Shown: positions 7,333 through 15,972 of the stretch, piece after piece
Layout: the number at the start of each line of letters is the position of its first letter
How positions within the stretch are numbered: the first letter of the stretch is position 1
Assembly (NCBI GenBank): GCA_963729715.1
Contig: CAVSPA010000018.1
Location: 16,191-80,190, forward strand
Length of the DNA stretch: 64,000 bases
Direction of reading: 5' to 3'
Source of the DNA: an uncultured delta proteobacterium
GTDB taxonomy: Bacteria > Desulfobacterota > Syntrophia > Syntrophales > UBA2185
The notes under the pieces: model-generated
The model's database searches: none
What the model saw: the letters and a program-made list of their open reading frames with translations, nothing else
Told to the model about the DNA's origin: nothing
Position numbers and translations under genes: made by a program

Positions 7333-8694
7333 TCAGTTGCTTTGTTTTGAAAAGAGGTTATGCTTTTTCATCTTCCGCCAGAGAGTTGTTCTGTTCATTT
7401 GGAGTGCTCTGGAGGTTTCGCCCCGTCTCCACCCATGTGCTTTGAGCGCCACGAGGAGCTTCTCTTTTTCATTGAAGGAGGCCCCTTGCTTGGAGACAAT
7501 ATCCACATTGGATGATGAAAACAGCGGGGATGAATTATTTTTCTCAAAAAGATAGAGTGGGAGAAGGTCTTTATCCATTTTTCCGCCTCGGTAAAGGATC
7601 ATGGCGTGTTCAATGATGTTTTTGAGTTCCCGGACATTGCCGGGGTAGGGGTAATTAAGAAGAAGTACCATGAAATCGGATGTAACAATCTTAATTTCCT
7701 TTCCAAGAAGTCTCGCCTGCTCTGCCAAAAAATGATCCACAAGCAGAGGGATGTCCGTAGATCTTTCCCTCAGAGGCGGGATTTCGACCTCGACCACCCT
7801 CAGACGATAATATAAGTCCTGCCGGAAGATCTTTTCCCGGGTCATGTCGGGAAGCTTGCGATTTGTGGAGGTGATGACCCTCACGTCGACAATAACAGGA
7901 CGGGTAGACCCAAGGGGATAGAATTCTTTTTCATCCAGGACCTGTAGAAGCTTGGCTTGGAGGTCGTTGGGAAGCTCACCAATTTCGTCGAGGAAGATGG
8001 TTCCCCCTTCAGCCGTCTGGAATCTTCCAAGCTTATCATGCTTCGCATCGGTAAAGGCACCTTTTTTGTATCCGAAAAGTTCTGATTCGAGTAGTTGCGA
8101 TGGAAGAGCAGCACAGTTGACTTTGATAAAAGGACCATCTCGGCGATGACTGGCATTGTGAACGGCCTTGGCAAAGATGTCTTTGCCGGTCCCCGTTTCA
8201 CCGAGAAGAAGAACAGGGGCATCCGTCGGGGCGACTGTGTTCAGGAGATCGAAGATTCTTAGGATCTTTTCGTCCTTGCCGATGATATCTCCGAAAGAGT
8301 GCAACCCCCGAATCTCCTTTTCTAGGGTGACACGGATCGAGTCATCTTGAAAAGACTCGACACCGCCGATGATCCGCCCCTGATCATCCTGAAGAATCGC
8401 AACAGTGATATCAACGGGGATCTCTTTGTTGTGCCTGTTCAAAATCCTATTCCGGACCTTGACAATCTTGGAGCCGGTCTCCATAGCCATCCTGAGATAG
8501 CACCCCCTCTGGCAGAGTTCGGTCCGGAAGATCTCATAACATTTACGGCCCAAAGCCTCTTTCTTCGAAAAGCCGGTGATCTTCTCCGCTTCTTCGTTGA
8601 AGCAGTTGATATTCCAGCCCATGTCCACGGTGAATATTCCCAAGGCCACACTATTCAGTATTTTCCTGCTATCGAATTCTCTTTTCATAAACAC
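7333..8694 (-). CDS. Sigma-54-dependent transcriptional activator (PAS sensor + AAA+ + C-terminal HTH)
   Basis: Walker A GETGTGKD, the GAFTDA loop (KKGAFTDA) and an ESELFGY-type motif (ESELFGYKKG). The C-terminus reads ..RALQMNRTTLWRKMKKH. Confidence 0.9.
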   Translation of the reverse strand: MFMKREFDSRKILNSVALGIFTVDMGWNINCFNEEAEKITGFSKKEALGRKCYEIFRTELCQRGCYLRMAMETGSKIVKVRNRILNRHNKEIPVDITVAILQDDQGRIIGGVESFQDDSIRVTLEKEIRGLHSFGDIIGKDEKILRIFDLLNTVAPTDAPVLLLGETGTGKDIFAKAVHNASHRRDGPFIKVNCAALPSQLLESELFGYKKGAFTDAKHDKLGRFQTAEGGTIFLDEIGELPNDLQAKLLQVLDEKEFYPLGSTRPVIVDVRVITSTNRKLPDMTREKIFRQDLYYRLRVVEVEIPPLRERSTDIPLLVDHFLAEQARLLGKEIKIVTSDFMVLLLNYPYPGNVRELKNIIEHAMILYRGGKMDKDLLPLYLFEKNNSSPLFSSSNVDIVSKQGASFNEKEKLLVALKAHGWRRGETSRALQMNRTTLWRKMKKHNLFSKQSN

Positions 8695-8816
8695 GTAAAC
8701 TTGCCGAAACCCAAAGTATAATAACAGTCAAGCCATCTAAAGTCAAACGGATACCCCGGGGTTCTGCGTTCTTGACTTAACCCGTGAGTTGTGACACAGA
8801 AAAACCGGGAGGTAGA

Positions 8817-10727
8817 ATGACCTTGGCGACCTTGCGTGACCTTCAGCCGTCGGGCATCGTAAATTATCCTGGAATCGGTTTCCCAAATTTCATCGAAAAC
8901 ATTTTAATCAGGATTTCCTTCGAGCCTGTAATCAAGGAAAACATCGGGTGGATCGGTACAGCGTACCGCACGGGCCGCAAGAGAAGCTGGACATTCCGGA
9001 TCCGGGGTTTCAAAGGGATCTACTGCCTGACTTTTCAGGGTTTCGAGGAGGAAGCAGCGGGTTGGCATCATGGCGTCTTTGAGCTTCAGTATTTCCCGAA
9101 GTCCGATGAGGCCATTCTGGATACTTTTTCCGTCCGGGAAAATCTTCTGCGCCTGGATCCGTTTTTTGATAAATTGGTCCGGCGTGCTCCGGAAGAGGAA
9201 GATCCTCTGGTGTCACAATTCATGGTGGGGAACATAATCTTGACCTGCGATGCCGGCGAGAAAAACCTCTTTCTTTCTCTCTGGGCACCGGTCAGATGGC
9301 GTGAGATCCGGCGGGCAGGCCTCTACATGAACGCACATGACGGGTCGCCGGTGGAGGCCGTTCCTCCGGGGGGCACTGACAGAAATGTTCCCTCTTTCGC
9401 CCTTGCTTGGCCATTCTTCGACAGACTCGTTTTGACCCTTGCCTGCCAAATGAGGCGACCTCCCCTTTGTGTAATACTGAAGCGCAGAAACTGGCCCGTT
9501 TGGATCATAGCCGGAGGCAATGATTGCGTGCCGTCTGAGGAAAATTTTACACTACAGAATTTTCTTTCCGTTGGATTCGGTCCGTGGTCCAAGAATAAGA
9601 CCGAAGATCCACGTGTCAAATGGGCAATGGACTTTTTCCCGGCGGATACCGGTTTCTCCGCATCGTCTAAAACAAGAGTCGTTTGGTCCGTGACACCTTG
9701 GAATCCTTTACCTAAAAGGGGGAATTCACTATGGTGGAAAGCACCCTTCTGGAAGGAAAAGGGCAGAATGAGAGGATTTCAAACCTTGGGGATTCATTAT
9801 AGACCCCCGCTTCTGGTGATCACGGGATTCTTGGGGAGCGGCAAGACGACACTGCTCAACCAGATCGTCGAGTATAAAGCCCTTTCGTCTTACAAGTTCA
9901 TAGCCGTTATCCAGAATGAGGTGGGTGATGTCGATGTAGACAGCAAGCTTATGGACAGCGCTTATTGCATCACGTCCTTGGATGAAGGTTGCGTCTGCTG
10001 CACCCTGCTTGGAGAGTTCCGTCAGGCAGTCCGGAAGATCTGCATCGAATATGAACCGGACTTAATCATTATCGAGACCACAGGTGTGGCCGATCCCCAC
10101 AGCATCCTTGCCGCGATCCCTGACCTCGAACCATTTGTCCGCTTTGATACTGTTGTATGTGTTGTGGACGGTCCGAATCTTGAATATATCTTGAAAGACT
10201 ATCCTGTTGCACGATCTCAAATTGAATATGCCAGCTTGATCCTCCTCAATAAGAAGGATCTTATGGATGCAGAAACCCTGGCAAAAGCGGAGAGGATCAT
10301 CTGTGCAATCAATCCTCATGCAACTATTCTTCATACGATCTATGCCCGTGTGAATCCAGGCCTTTTTTTCGCCATTGAGGAAAATATTGGTTTGCCAATG
10401 ATGAAGAGAGATCGGATATCACTTGAAGCAACAGATTTGGACGCCCAGCAGGTTCGTGCTTTTACACTCATATTACCCGGGGACCTGAAGGAACCTTGTT
10501 TCATGCAGTTTCTGGATGATCTTCCCGATTCGGTATACCGCCTGAAAGGCGTCATTAAAATAAAGGGCCGGGAGCAACCGCAGCTGCTTCAATACGTGGT
10601 CCACCGCTATGAAATCTCCAACTTTTTGGAAAAGAACATGGAGCCCAACACTCTCGTCTTTATCGGCCGGAATCTCGACGAAAATGCCTTGAGGAAAGAT
10701 TTCCTGAGATGTCTTGCTGAAGAGTGA
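8817..10727 (+). CDS. COG0523 (CobW/YjiA-type) G3E GTPase with an unrecognised N-terminal domain of about 325 aa
   Basis: GGGAGG lies 5 nt before the ATG at 8817. The C-terminal half has GFLGSGKTTLLN, the CxCC motif (EGCVCCTL) and ETTGVADP. The N-terminal half has no motif I recognise. Confidence 0.8.
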   Translation: MTLATLRDLQPSGIVNYPGIGFPNFIENILIRISFEPVIKENIGWIGTAYRTGRKRSWTFRIRGFKGIYCLTFQGFEEEAAGWHHGVFELQYFPKSDEAILDTFSVRENLLRLDPFFDKLVRRAPEEEDPLVSQFMVGNIILTCDAGEKNLFLSLWAPVRWREIRRAGLYMNAHDGSPVEAVPPGGTDRNVPSFALAWPFFDRLVLTLACQMRRPPLCVILKRRNWPVWIIAGGNDCVPSEENFTLQNFLSVGFGPWSKNKTEDPRVKWAMDFFPADTGFSASSKTRVVWSVTPWNPLPKRGNSLWWKAPFWKEKGRMRGFQTLGIHYRPPLLVITGFLGSGKTTLLNQIVEYKALSSYKFIAVIQNEVGDVDVDSKLMDSAYCITSLDEGCVCCTLLGEFRQAVRKICIEYEPDLIIIETTGVADPHSILAAIPDLEPFVRFDTVVCVVDGPNLEYILKDYPVARSQIEYASLILLNKKDLMDAETLAKAERIICAINPHATILHTIYARVNPGLFFAIEENIGLPMMKRDRISLEATDLDAQQVRAFTLILPGDLKEPCFMQFLDDLPDSVYRLKGVIKIKGREQPQLLQYVVHRYEISNFLEKNMEPNTLVFIGRNLDENALRKDFLRCLAEE

Positions 10728-11068
10728 AGGATGTTGGCTATCGTATCTGTATCCGTAATAAAAATGCGCATTTACACGGCAAGTTACATAAAATTAACAA
10801 AACCCTGCTTATGAAAAAAGACCAGCAATGAGCATAATCGCATATGCAGTTATGCATACCATTTGGCATAATTAAAAAAGGATGAGCTTATATCTATTTT
10901 GCAGATTTCAAAGGAAAGTGGATAGATTGCGGGATAGGACTAAGAGAGGATTTTCGATTCCAATAAATTTTGGACAGGAAAGAAGCAATTGACGATCCTC
11001 AATCGACGGTCACATTTCCAACTCTTTTTTCATGCACTGATATCTACAAATTTGCATGGCTTCAGACT

Positions 11069-11180
11069 CGTAGGCTGTGCCGTGTAAAACGTTCTCGGTT
11101 AAAGTCTGACCCCGTGGGTTCGGTGGTTCGCCTACATAGCTGGAAGGAAGTGTCAATGGCAGAATTCTAAGTTAACATGC
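11069..11180 (+). repeat. Copy 2 (more diverged) of the ~115-nt conserved structured element
   Basis: CGTAGGCTGTGCCGTGTAAAACG..CGGTTAAAGTCTGA..GTGGGTTCGGTGGTTCGCCTAC..GCTGGAAGGAAGTG. It sits in a ~0.6 kb ORF-poor gap (10728-11333). Confidence 0.7.
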
Positions 11181-11333
11181 GGTGCGAGAATCGAGAGCAC
11201 GTCAAATTCGTGCGTCTCATATGAAACATAAAACGTCGTGCCCCTATAAACTCCTATCCTAATCTATTGGCGGATTATTCGAATGACCTGGCCCTATCAG
11301 ATCGAATAAATCCCCTGCGGACCACTCAGAATA

Positions 11334-12368
11334 CTATTTAAAGGAAAGCAAGCCTGATCTGAGATTTGACTTCTTGTATCTCATTCCCAATTTATTTCGA
11401 ATGTTGAATCTGTGAAAATCGACCGTCTGTTGCGAACAGCCCAACAACTCGGCAATATCTTTTGTTCTCTTTCCCTCTTTTACGAGGATAGCAATCTCGA
11501 TTTCTCTAGGAGTGAAATTAAAATATCTGGATCTTAAATTGTGCAGGAATGGCGAAACGATATCGCTTAGATGGGATTCTAATATATTTACATAATCCAT
11601 TTGAGCATTGCTCAACCGCATCTTCTTGAATTTTTTAATATACGGCATCACAATTTCTTTAACGTTAGATAATATCTTTTCTTCAAGTTCAACTTTGTCG
11701 TCTTCCCTGCGCTTTAATAGAACCGATAATGCAATATTAACTCTTTCGAGATTTTCTGATTTCTTACTTATTTCCCTATCTCTTTTTCGCAGTGCGGCGG
11801 CGATTTTCTTGCGTTCTATAATTTCTTGCTTCAGAAGTTTATTCGCTCTGGAGAGATCGGCAGTCCGATTGTTGACTTGCCGCTCAAGCTCTTCTTCTAG
11901 GCGCTTTTGATCCGTTACATTTATGACCGTTGCAATGGCTGCCGGCTTCCCCTCGTATGTAAAATAGCTTGGTCTAACCTGTATCCACCGCTCCTTTCCC
12001 TTTTTTGTCAAGATCTTGTATGCCCAAGATGAAGGAAGAGTCTTGTCTCCTTTTTGCCGGGCAAGACCCCTTTCTTTGACTAATGCCTTGAAATCGGGAT
12101 GAGCATAATCCCAGAAGTTCATTGTGACGAGTTCCTTTGCGCTGTAACCGGTAAGCAACTCGTGGCTGGGATTCACATACTTAAATTTATTGCCTTGGAA
12201 AATGACTATTGAAGCGGTAGCGGATTCTACAAACGTCCTGAATGGTGCTTCATTTACAGACATTTCATCCGGGTGCTTGCTCACAGTATTTGCGAATATA
12301 TCCCCCTCAGATGATAGATAATCGCTGTTGCGTGATAGCTTTTGTTTCTGTTTTGAATTTTTTCTCAT
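11334..12368 (-). CDS. PAS - coiled-coil - LuxR-type HTH transcriptional regulator
   Basis: The C-terminus FTPREIEIAILVKEGKRTKDIAELLGCSQQTVDFHRFNIRNKLGM is a LuxR/GerE HTH. The N-terminal part has a PAS-like segment. Confidence 0.8.
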   Translation of the reverse strand: MRKNSKQKQKLSRNSDYLSSEGDIFANTVSKHPDEMSVNEAPFRTFVESATASIVIFQGNKFKYVNPSHELLTGYSAKELVTMNFWDYAHPDFKALVKERGLARQKGDKTLPSSWAYKILTKKGKERWIQVRPSYFTYEGKPAAIATVINVTDQKRLEEELERQVNNRTADLSRANKLLKQEIIERKKIAAALRKRDREISKKSENLERVNIALSVLLKRREDDKVELEEKILSNVKEIVMPYIKKFKKMRLSNAQMDYVNILESHLSDIVSPFLHNLRSRYFNFTPREIEIAILVKEGKRTKDIAELLGCSQQTVDFHRFNIRNKLGMRYKKSNLRSGLLSFK

Positions 12369-12519
12369 TGCGGGACACGCCTCTGCTCTATGATTTACAC
12401 GACATAGTTTATATTAGGTTTTACCTAAAAATAACCTAAAAATTATTAAATATTTTCATATTCATGATTTCAATATAAACGTTTGCGAAAGATTTGCAAG
12501 AGATTTCAGGAGGCGGACA

Positions 12520-13287
12520 GTGTCACAGATTCTTTATAAGAAGGAAGATCATATCGCTTATATTTCTTTAAATAACCCTGACAGTTTAAATGCATTGAAT
12601 CTGGAAATGGCGAAAGAATTTGAAGCTATCTGGGTGGATTTTCGGGATGACAAAGAAATGTGGGTGGCCATTTTAAGTGGCGAAGGCAAGTCTTTTTGTG
12701 CCGGTGCGGATGTAAAAAAGATGGAAAGGGGCCGATGGCAGTTCCGGCAGTCCCTCATTTTAGGGGATTACAGTGTATCCTCCAGACGTCATAACATATG
12801 GAAGCCTATCATCGCCGCAGTCCATCGCCACGTCTATGGGGCAGGACTTTTATTGGCCCTGGAATCAGATATCAGAATTGCATGCGATGATGCCTTATTT
12901 GGAATACCGGAAGGGAAGGTGAATGTGCCCACATTATTTGCGCCGTTTGCTTCCAGATATATGCCGAGAGCGATAGCTTGCGAGTTATTGTACACAGGAA
13001 GGCCAATAGATGCACAACGTGCATATCAGGTGGGTCTGGTGAACAAGGTTGTATCCAGAGACCAGCTGATACCCACTGCCACAGAAATAGGAAAACAAAT
13101 TTGTGAAAATGGGCCATTATCAATTTGGGCTACCAAGGAACTATTCTGCAGGGGTGAGGATATGAGCTATGAGTGTGCTCTGGCCCTCATTGAACATATC
13201 GTGCCGCCCATCTTCAACTCTGAGGATTCCGTCGAGGCTAAACGAGCATTTCTTGAAAAAAGAAAACCTGTATGGAAATTAAAGTAA
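12520..13287 (+). CDS. Enoyl-CoA hydratase/isomerase (crotonase) family protein
   Basis: AGGAGG lies upstream of a GTG start. Motifs ..GEGKSFCAGADVKKM.. and ..YGAGLLLALESDIRIA.. are typical of the family. Confidence 0.85.
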   Translation: MSQILYKKEDHIAYISLNNPDSLNALNLEMAKEFEAIWVDFRDDKEMWVAILSGEGKSFCAGADVKKMERGRWQFRQSLILGDYSVSSRRHNIWKPIIAAVHRHVYGAGLLLALESDIRIACDDALFGIPEGKVNVPTLFAPFASRYMPRAIACELLYTGRPIDAQRAYQVGLVNKVVSRDQLIPTATEIGKQICENGPLSIWATKELFCRGEDMSYECALALIEHIVPPIFNSEDSVEAKRAFLEKRKPVWKLK

Positions 13288-13392
13288 GGAAGAGACATGG
13301 ACGGAGTTTCAAATCTTCAGGGTCACGAATTGGTATAACGACGCTGAAAATCTTCACCGTCCTTAAATGCAGCCAGCAAGGAGATAATCATC

Positions 13393-14127
13393 ATGTACAC
13401 TATTAGACCACTCTTACTCTCCACCGTGGAAACCAATCGAAGTATGATGACGTACACTTTGTACTTCAACAAGACCGATTCCAATCCGATGGTATGTTGG
13501 TACATCAATGCCGATGGAAAACATATATTGGTGGATACGGGAATATCCGTCGAGGAACACAAAAAGATAGCAAATGTTCCTATGACTGATGTCCAGTCCT
13601 TTGAGGCGGCGCTTCAGAGTATCGGATTAAAGCCTGAAGACATCGATATTGTCATACAAACGCATTTACATTATGACCACTGCGCCAACACGGCAAAATG
13701 TACGAATGCCAAGGTTGTTGTGCAAGAGAAAGAATTAATGTTCGCATATTCCCATGATCCGGTATTTCATCATTTATACGTGAGGAAATATTTTGAGGGG
13801 CTGAATTATTGGCTGATTGACGGAAAAATGGAAATTGTGCCCGGGATCGAGGTTATTCCAATGACGGGACATACCCCGGGATGCCAGGCAGTATCGGTAA
13901 AGACGCCGCAAGGGTTAGCGGTTATCAGCGGTGTTTGTGCAATTAAAGAAAATTTTTTCCCCCCGCCCAAACTCGCAAGCATCTGGCCTGTGTTGATTCC
14001 TACATTTCATATAGATGCGAAAAAATCATTCTATGACTTGTTGTATATAAAACACTTGGCAGACATTTTAATCCCTCAGCATGATATCGGCTTTGCATCC
14101 ATGAAAGAGATACCTGCTAACAAATAA
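13393..14127 (+). CDS. MBL-fold hydrolase (lactonase-like)
   Basis: HxHxDH motif (QTHLHYDHC) and a downstream GHTPG. The start is uncertain. Confidence 0.7.
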   Translation: MYTIRPLLLSTVETNRSMMTYTLYFNKTDSNPMVCWYINADGKHILVDTGISVEEHKKIANVPMTDVQSFEAALQSIGLKPEDIDIVIQTHLHYDHCANTAKCTNAKVVVQEKELMFAYSHDPVFHHLYVRKYFEGLNYWLIDGKMEIVPGIEVIPMTGHTPGCQAVSVKTPQGLAVISGVCAIKENFFPPPKLASIWPVLIPTFHIDAKKSFYDLLYIKHLADILIPQHDIGFASMKEIPANK

Positions 14128-14150
14128 TCTACAATCTTAGGAGGCTGAAG

Positions 14151-14876
14151 GTGAACAAAGTACATACAAATGTGATGGATGCGATCACTGATATCACAGA
14201 CGGAAGTTCAGTTATGATGCAAAGCTTCATCGGTCCGCTGGGAGTGGCGCAAACCTTAATAGAAAATTTAACAAAATTAGGCTCGAAGGATTTGACACTC
14301 ATTGTAACCGCTAACATCAGTCATGCCGGAGGCTATACAATCCATCCACAGTTTAAGCCTTTCATTGCGCCGAGAATTCTTATTGAAGCTGAGCGGGTGA
14401 GAAAAGTTATTCTGGGCTGGGGAGTGGGCGCCCAGTTTCCAGGAGAAGAAAGGTCCCCCTGGATAGGTAGAGAGGAAAAACTCGATTATGAATATTTGCC
14501 AATAGGAGTAATGGCACACCGTATACGTGCTGCCGGAACCGGGATGGGAGCCTTTTACAGTCCTGTTGGACCCGGCACTTGGTTTGCGAAAGGCAAAGAA
14601 GTGCGAGTGATTAATGGACAGGAATACCTCTTGGAATTTCCACTCGGAGCTGACTTTGGATTTGTCAGGGCCAGTAAGGCAGACAAGCTGGGAAATCTTT
14701 ACTACAAGCTCTCAGAACGCATGTACTCTCCGCTGATTGCCAAAGCATGCAAAACGACCATAGCTGAAGTCGATGAAATTGTTGAACCCGGCGAAATTGC
14801 TCCTGACCAGATTATTACACCCGGTATTTATATAGATAGAATTGTGCTTACTGATAGAAAGGTGGTGCCCCAGTGA
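14151..14876 (+). CDS. CoA-transferase subunit A (3-oxoacid/glutaconate type)
   Basis: The N-terminal ..AITDITDGSSVMMQSFIG.. and overall similarity to AtoD/ScoA-type subunits. It overlaps subunit B by 4 nt. Confidence 0.8.
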   Translation: MNKVHTNVMDAITDITDGSSVMMQSFIGPLGVAQTLIENLTKLGSKDLTLIVTANISHAGGYTIHPQFKPFIAPRILIEAERVRKVILGWGVGAQFPGEERSPWIGREEKLDYEYLPIGVMAHRIRAAGTGMGAFYSPVGPGTWFAKGKEVRVINGQEYLLEFPLGADFGFVRASKADKLGNLYYKLSERMYSPLIAKACKTTIAEVDEIVEPGEIAPDQIITPGIYIDRIVLTDRKVVPQ

Positions 14877-15559
14877 AAAAGACCCTTGATAAACATGAAA
14901 TGGCCAGACGTATGGCACAAGAATTAAAGGATGGGGACGTAGTAAACTTAGGAATAGGAATACCATCTCTGGCTTCCAGTTATTTGCCAAAAGACATACA
15001 GATAATATTTCATGTAGAGAACGGCATTATTGGTTTTGGAAGAGTGCTTGGCAAGCAAGAGGTAGAATCGATGGATTATTATCTGGCAAATGCCGGGGGC
15101 CAGTTCATTGCCCCGATACCCGGTATGTGTATAGTCGATTTTGCCGAGTCTTTTGACGCTGTCCGGACGGGAAGAGTAAATATCACCATGTTAGGCGCTT
15201 ATCAAGTCTCAAAAAGTGGTGATATAGCAAGCTGGACAGTTAGTCAAACGGTGGATGAGGTCTCTCCCTCGTCTCTAACGCTCGGCGGCGCCATGGATAT
15301 GCCGATCGGGCCTAAGAAGGTCATTATTGGGATGAAACATTTAACCAATGATGGAAAACCCAGGATAGTAAATAAATGTGATTTGCCATTGACAGCAGTG
15401 GGTAAGGCTAAACTGATAATTACAGATGTGGCTGTTATTCAGGTTACACCCGCGGGATTGGAATTGTTGGAAATAGCACCAGACTGGGATCCGGAAGACG
15501 TTCAAGCGATAACTGAACCACCTTTGATAATTTCACAAAAAATAAAAAAGATGTTTTAG
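14873..15559 (+). CDS. CoA-transferase subunit B
   Basis: ..ELKDGDVVNLGIGIPS.. and ..ENGIIGFG.. resemble AtoA/ScoB-type subunits. Confidence 0.8.
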   Translation: MKKTLDKHEMARRMAQELKDGDVVNLGIGIPSLASSYLPKDIQIIFHVENGIIGFGRVLGKQEVESMDYYLANAGGQFIAPIPGMCIVDFAESFDAVRTGRVNITMLGAYQVSKSGDIASWTVSQTVDEVSPSSLTLGGAMDMPIGPKKVIIGMKHLTNDGKPRIVNKCDLPLTAVGKAKLIITDVAVIQVTPAGLELLEIAPDWDPEDVQAITEPPLIISQKIKKMF

Positions 15560-15858
15560 AAAATTATCCTTATCTTAAATTTCAAGCTATTGGTGGGTAC
15601 AATCCGTCGATTGCATATTGTGCGACAGAAAATCTTGCCGACGATTTATAGGGATGCATGGGAATGAATTCGCCATTCATATGTATTTAGAAGAAGCAAA
15701 CTGTTGCTTCTTATCCCCTTGGGGACTTCACGGCGGATTTTTGACAATCTTCACTATGGAAGCTAATTGGTACTCTGATTAATATCGGAGAAGACGTTAA
15801 CATAAAAAACAGACGAAATCGGATTGCTAAACAGTACTATCTGAAAGGGGGTGTTACT

Positions 15859-15951
15859 GTGTTGTCAGGTGCTCAATTGATAGCCATTTTACACGGCCTT
15901 ATATTAGTTGCAGCTGGAGTGATCGGTCTATGGATAAAGAAGCGTTTGTAA
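15859..15951 (+). CDS. Possible 30-aa membrane peptide preceding the SSS permease
   Basis: GTG start after GGGGGTG. The product VLSGAQLIAILHGLILVAAGVIGLWIKKRL is a single helix. It is below the ORF-track cut-off. Confidence 0.35.
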   Translation: MLSGAQLIAILHGLILVAAGVIGLWIKKRL

Positions 15952-15972
15952 CTTAAGGAGGTGAATTGAAAA

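Noticed and set aside
8784-8816. GTG start at 8784 for the COG0523 gene
   Set aside because: The ATG at 8817 is preceded by GGGAGG at ideal spacing. The 11 upstream codons add nothing recognisable.
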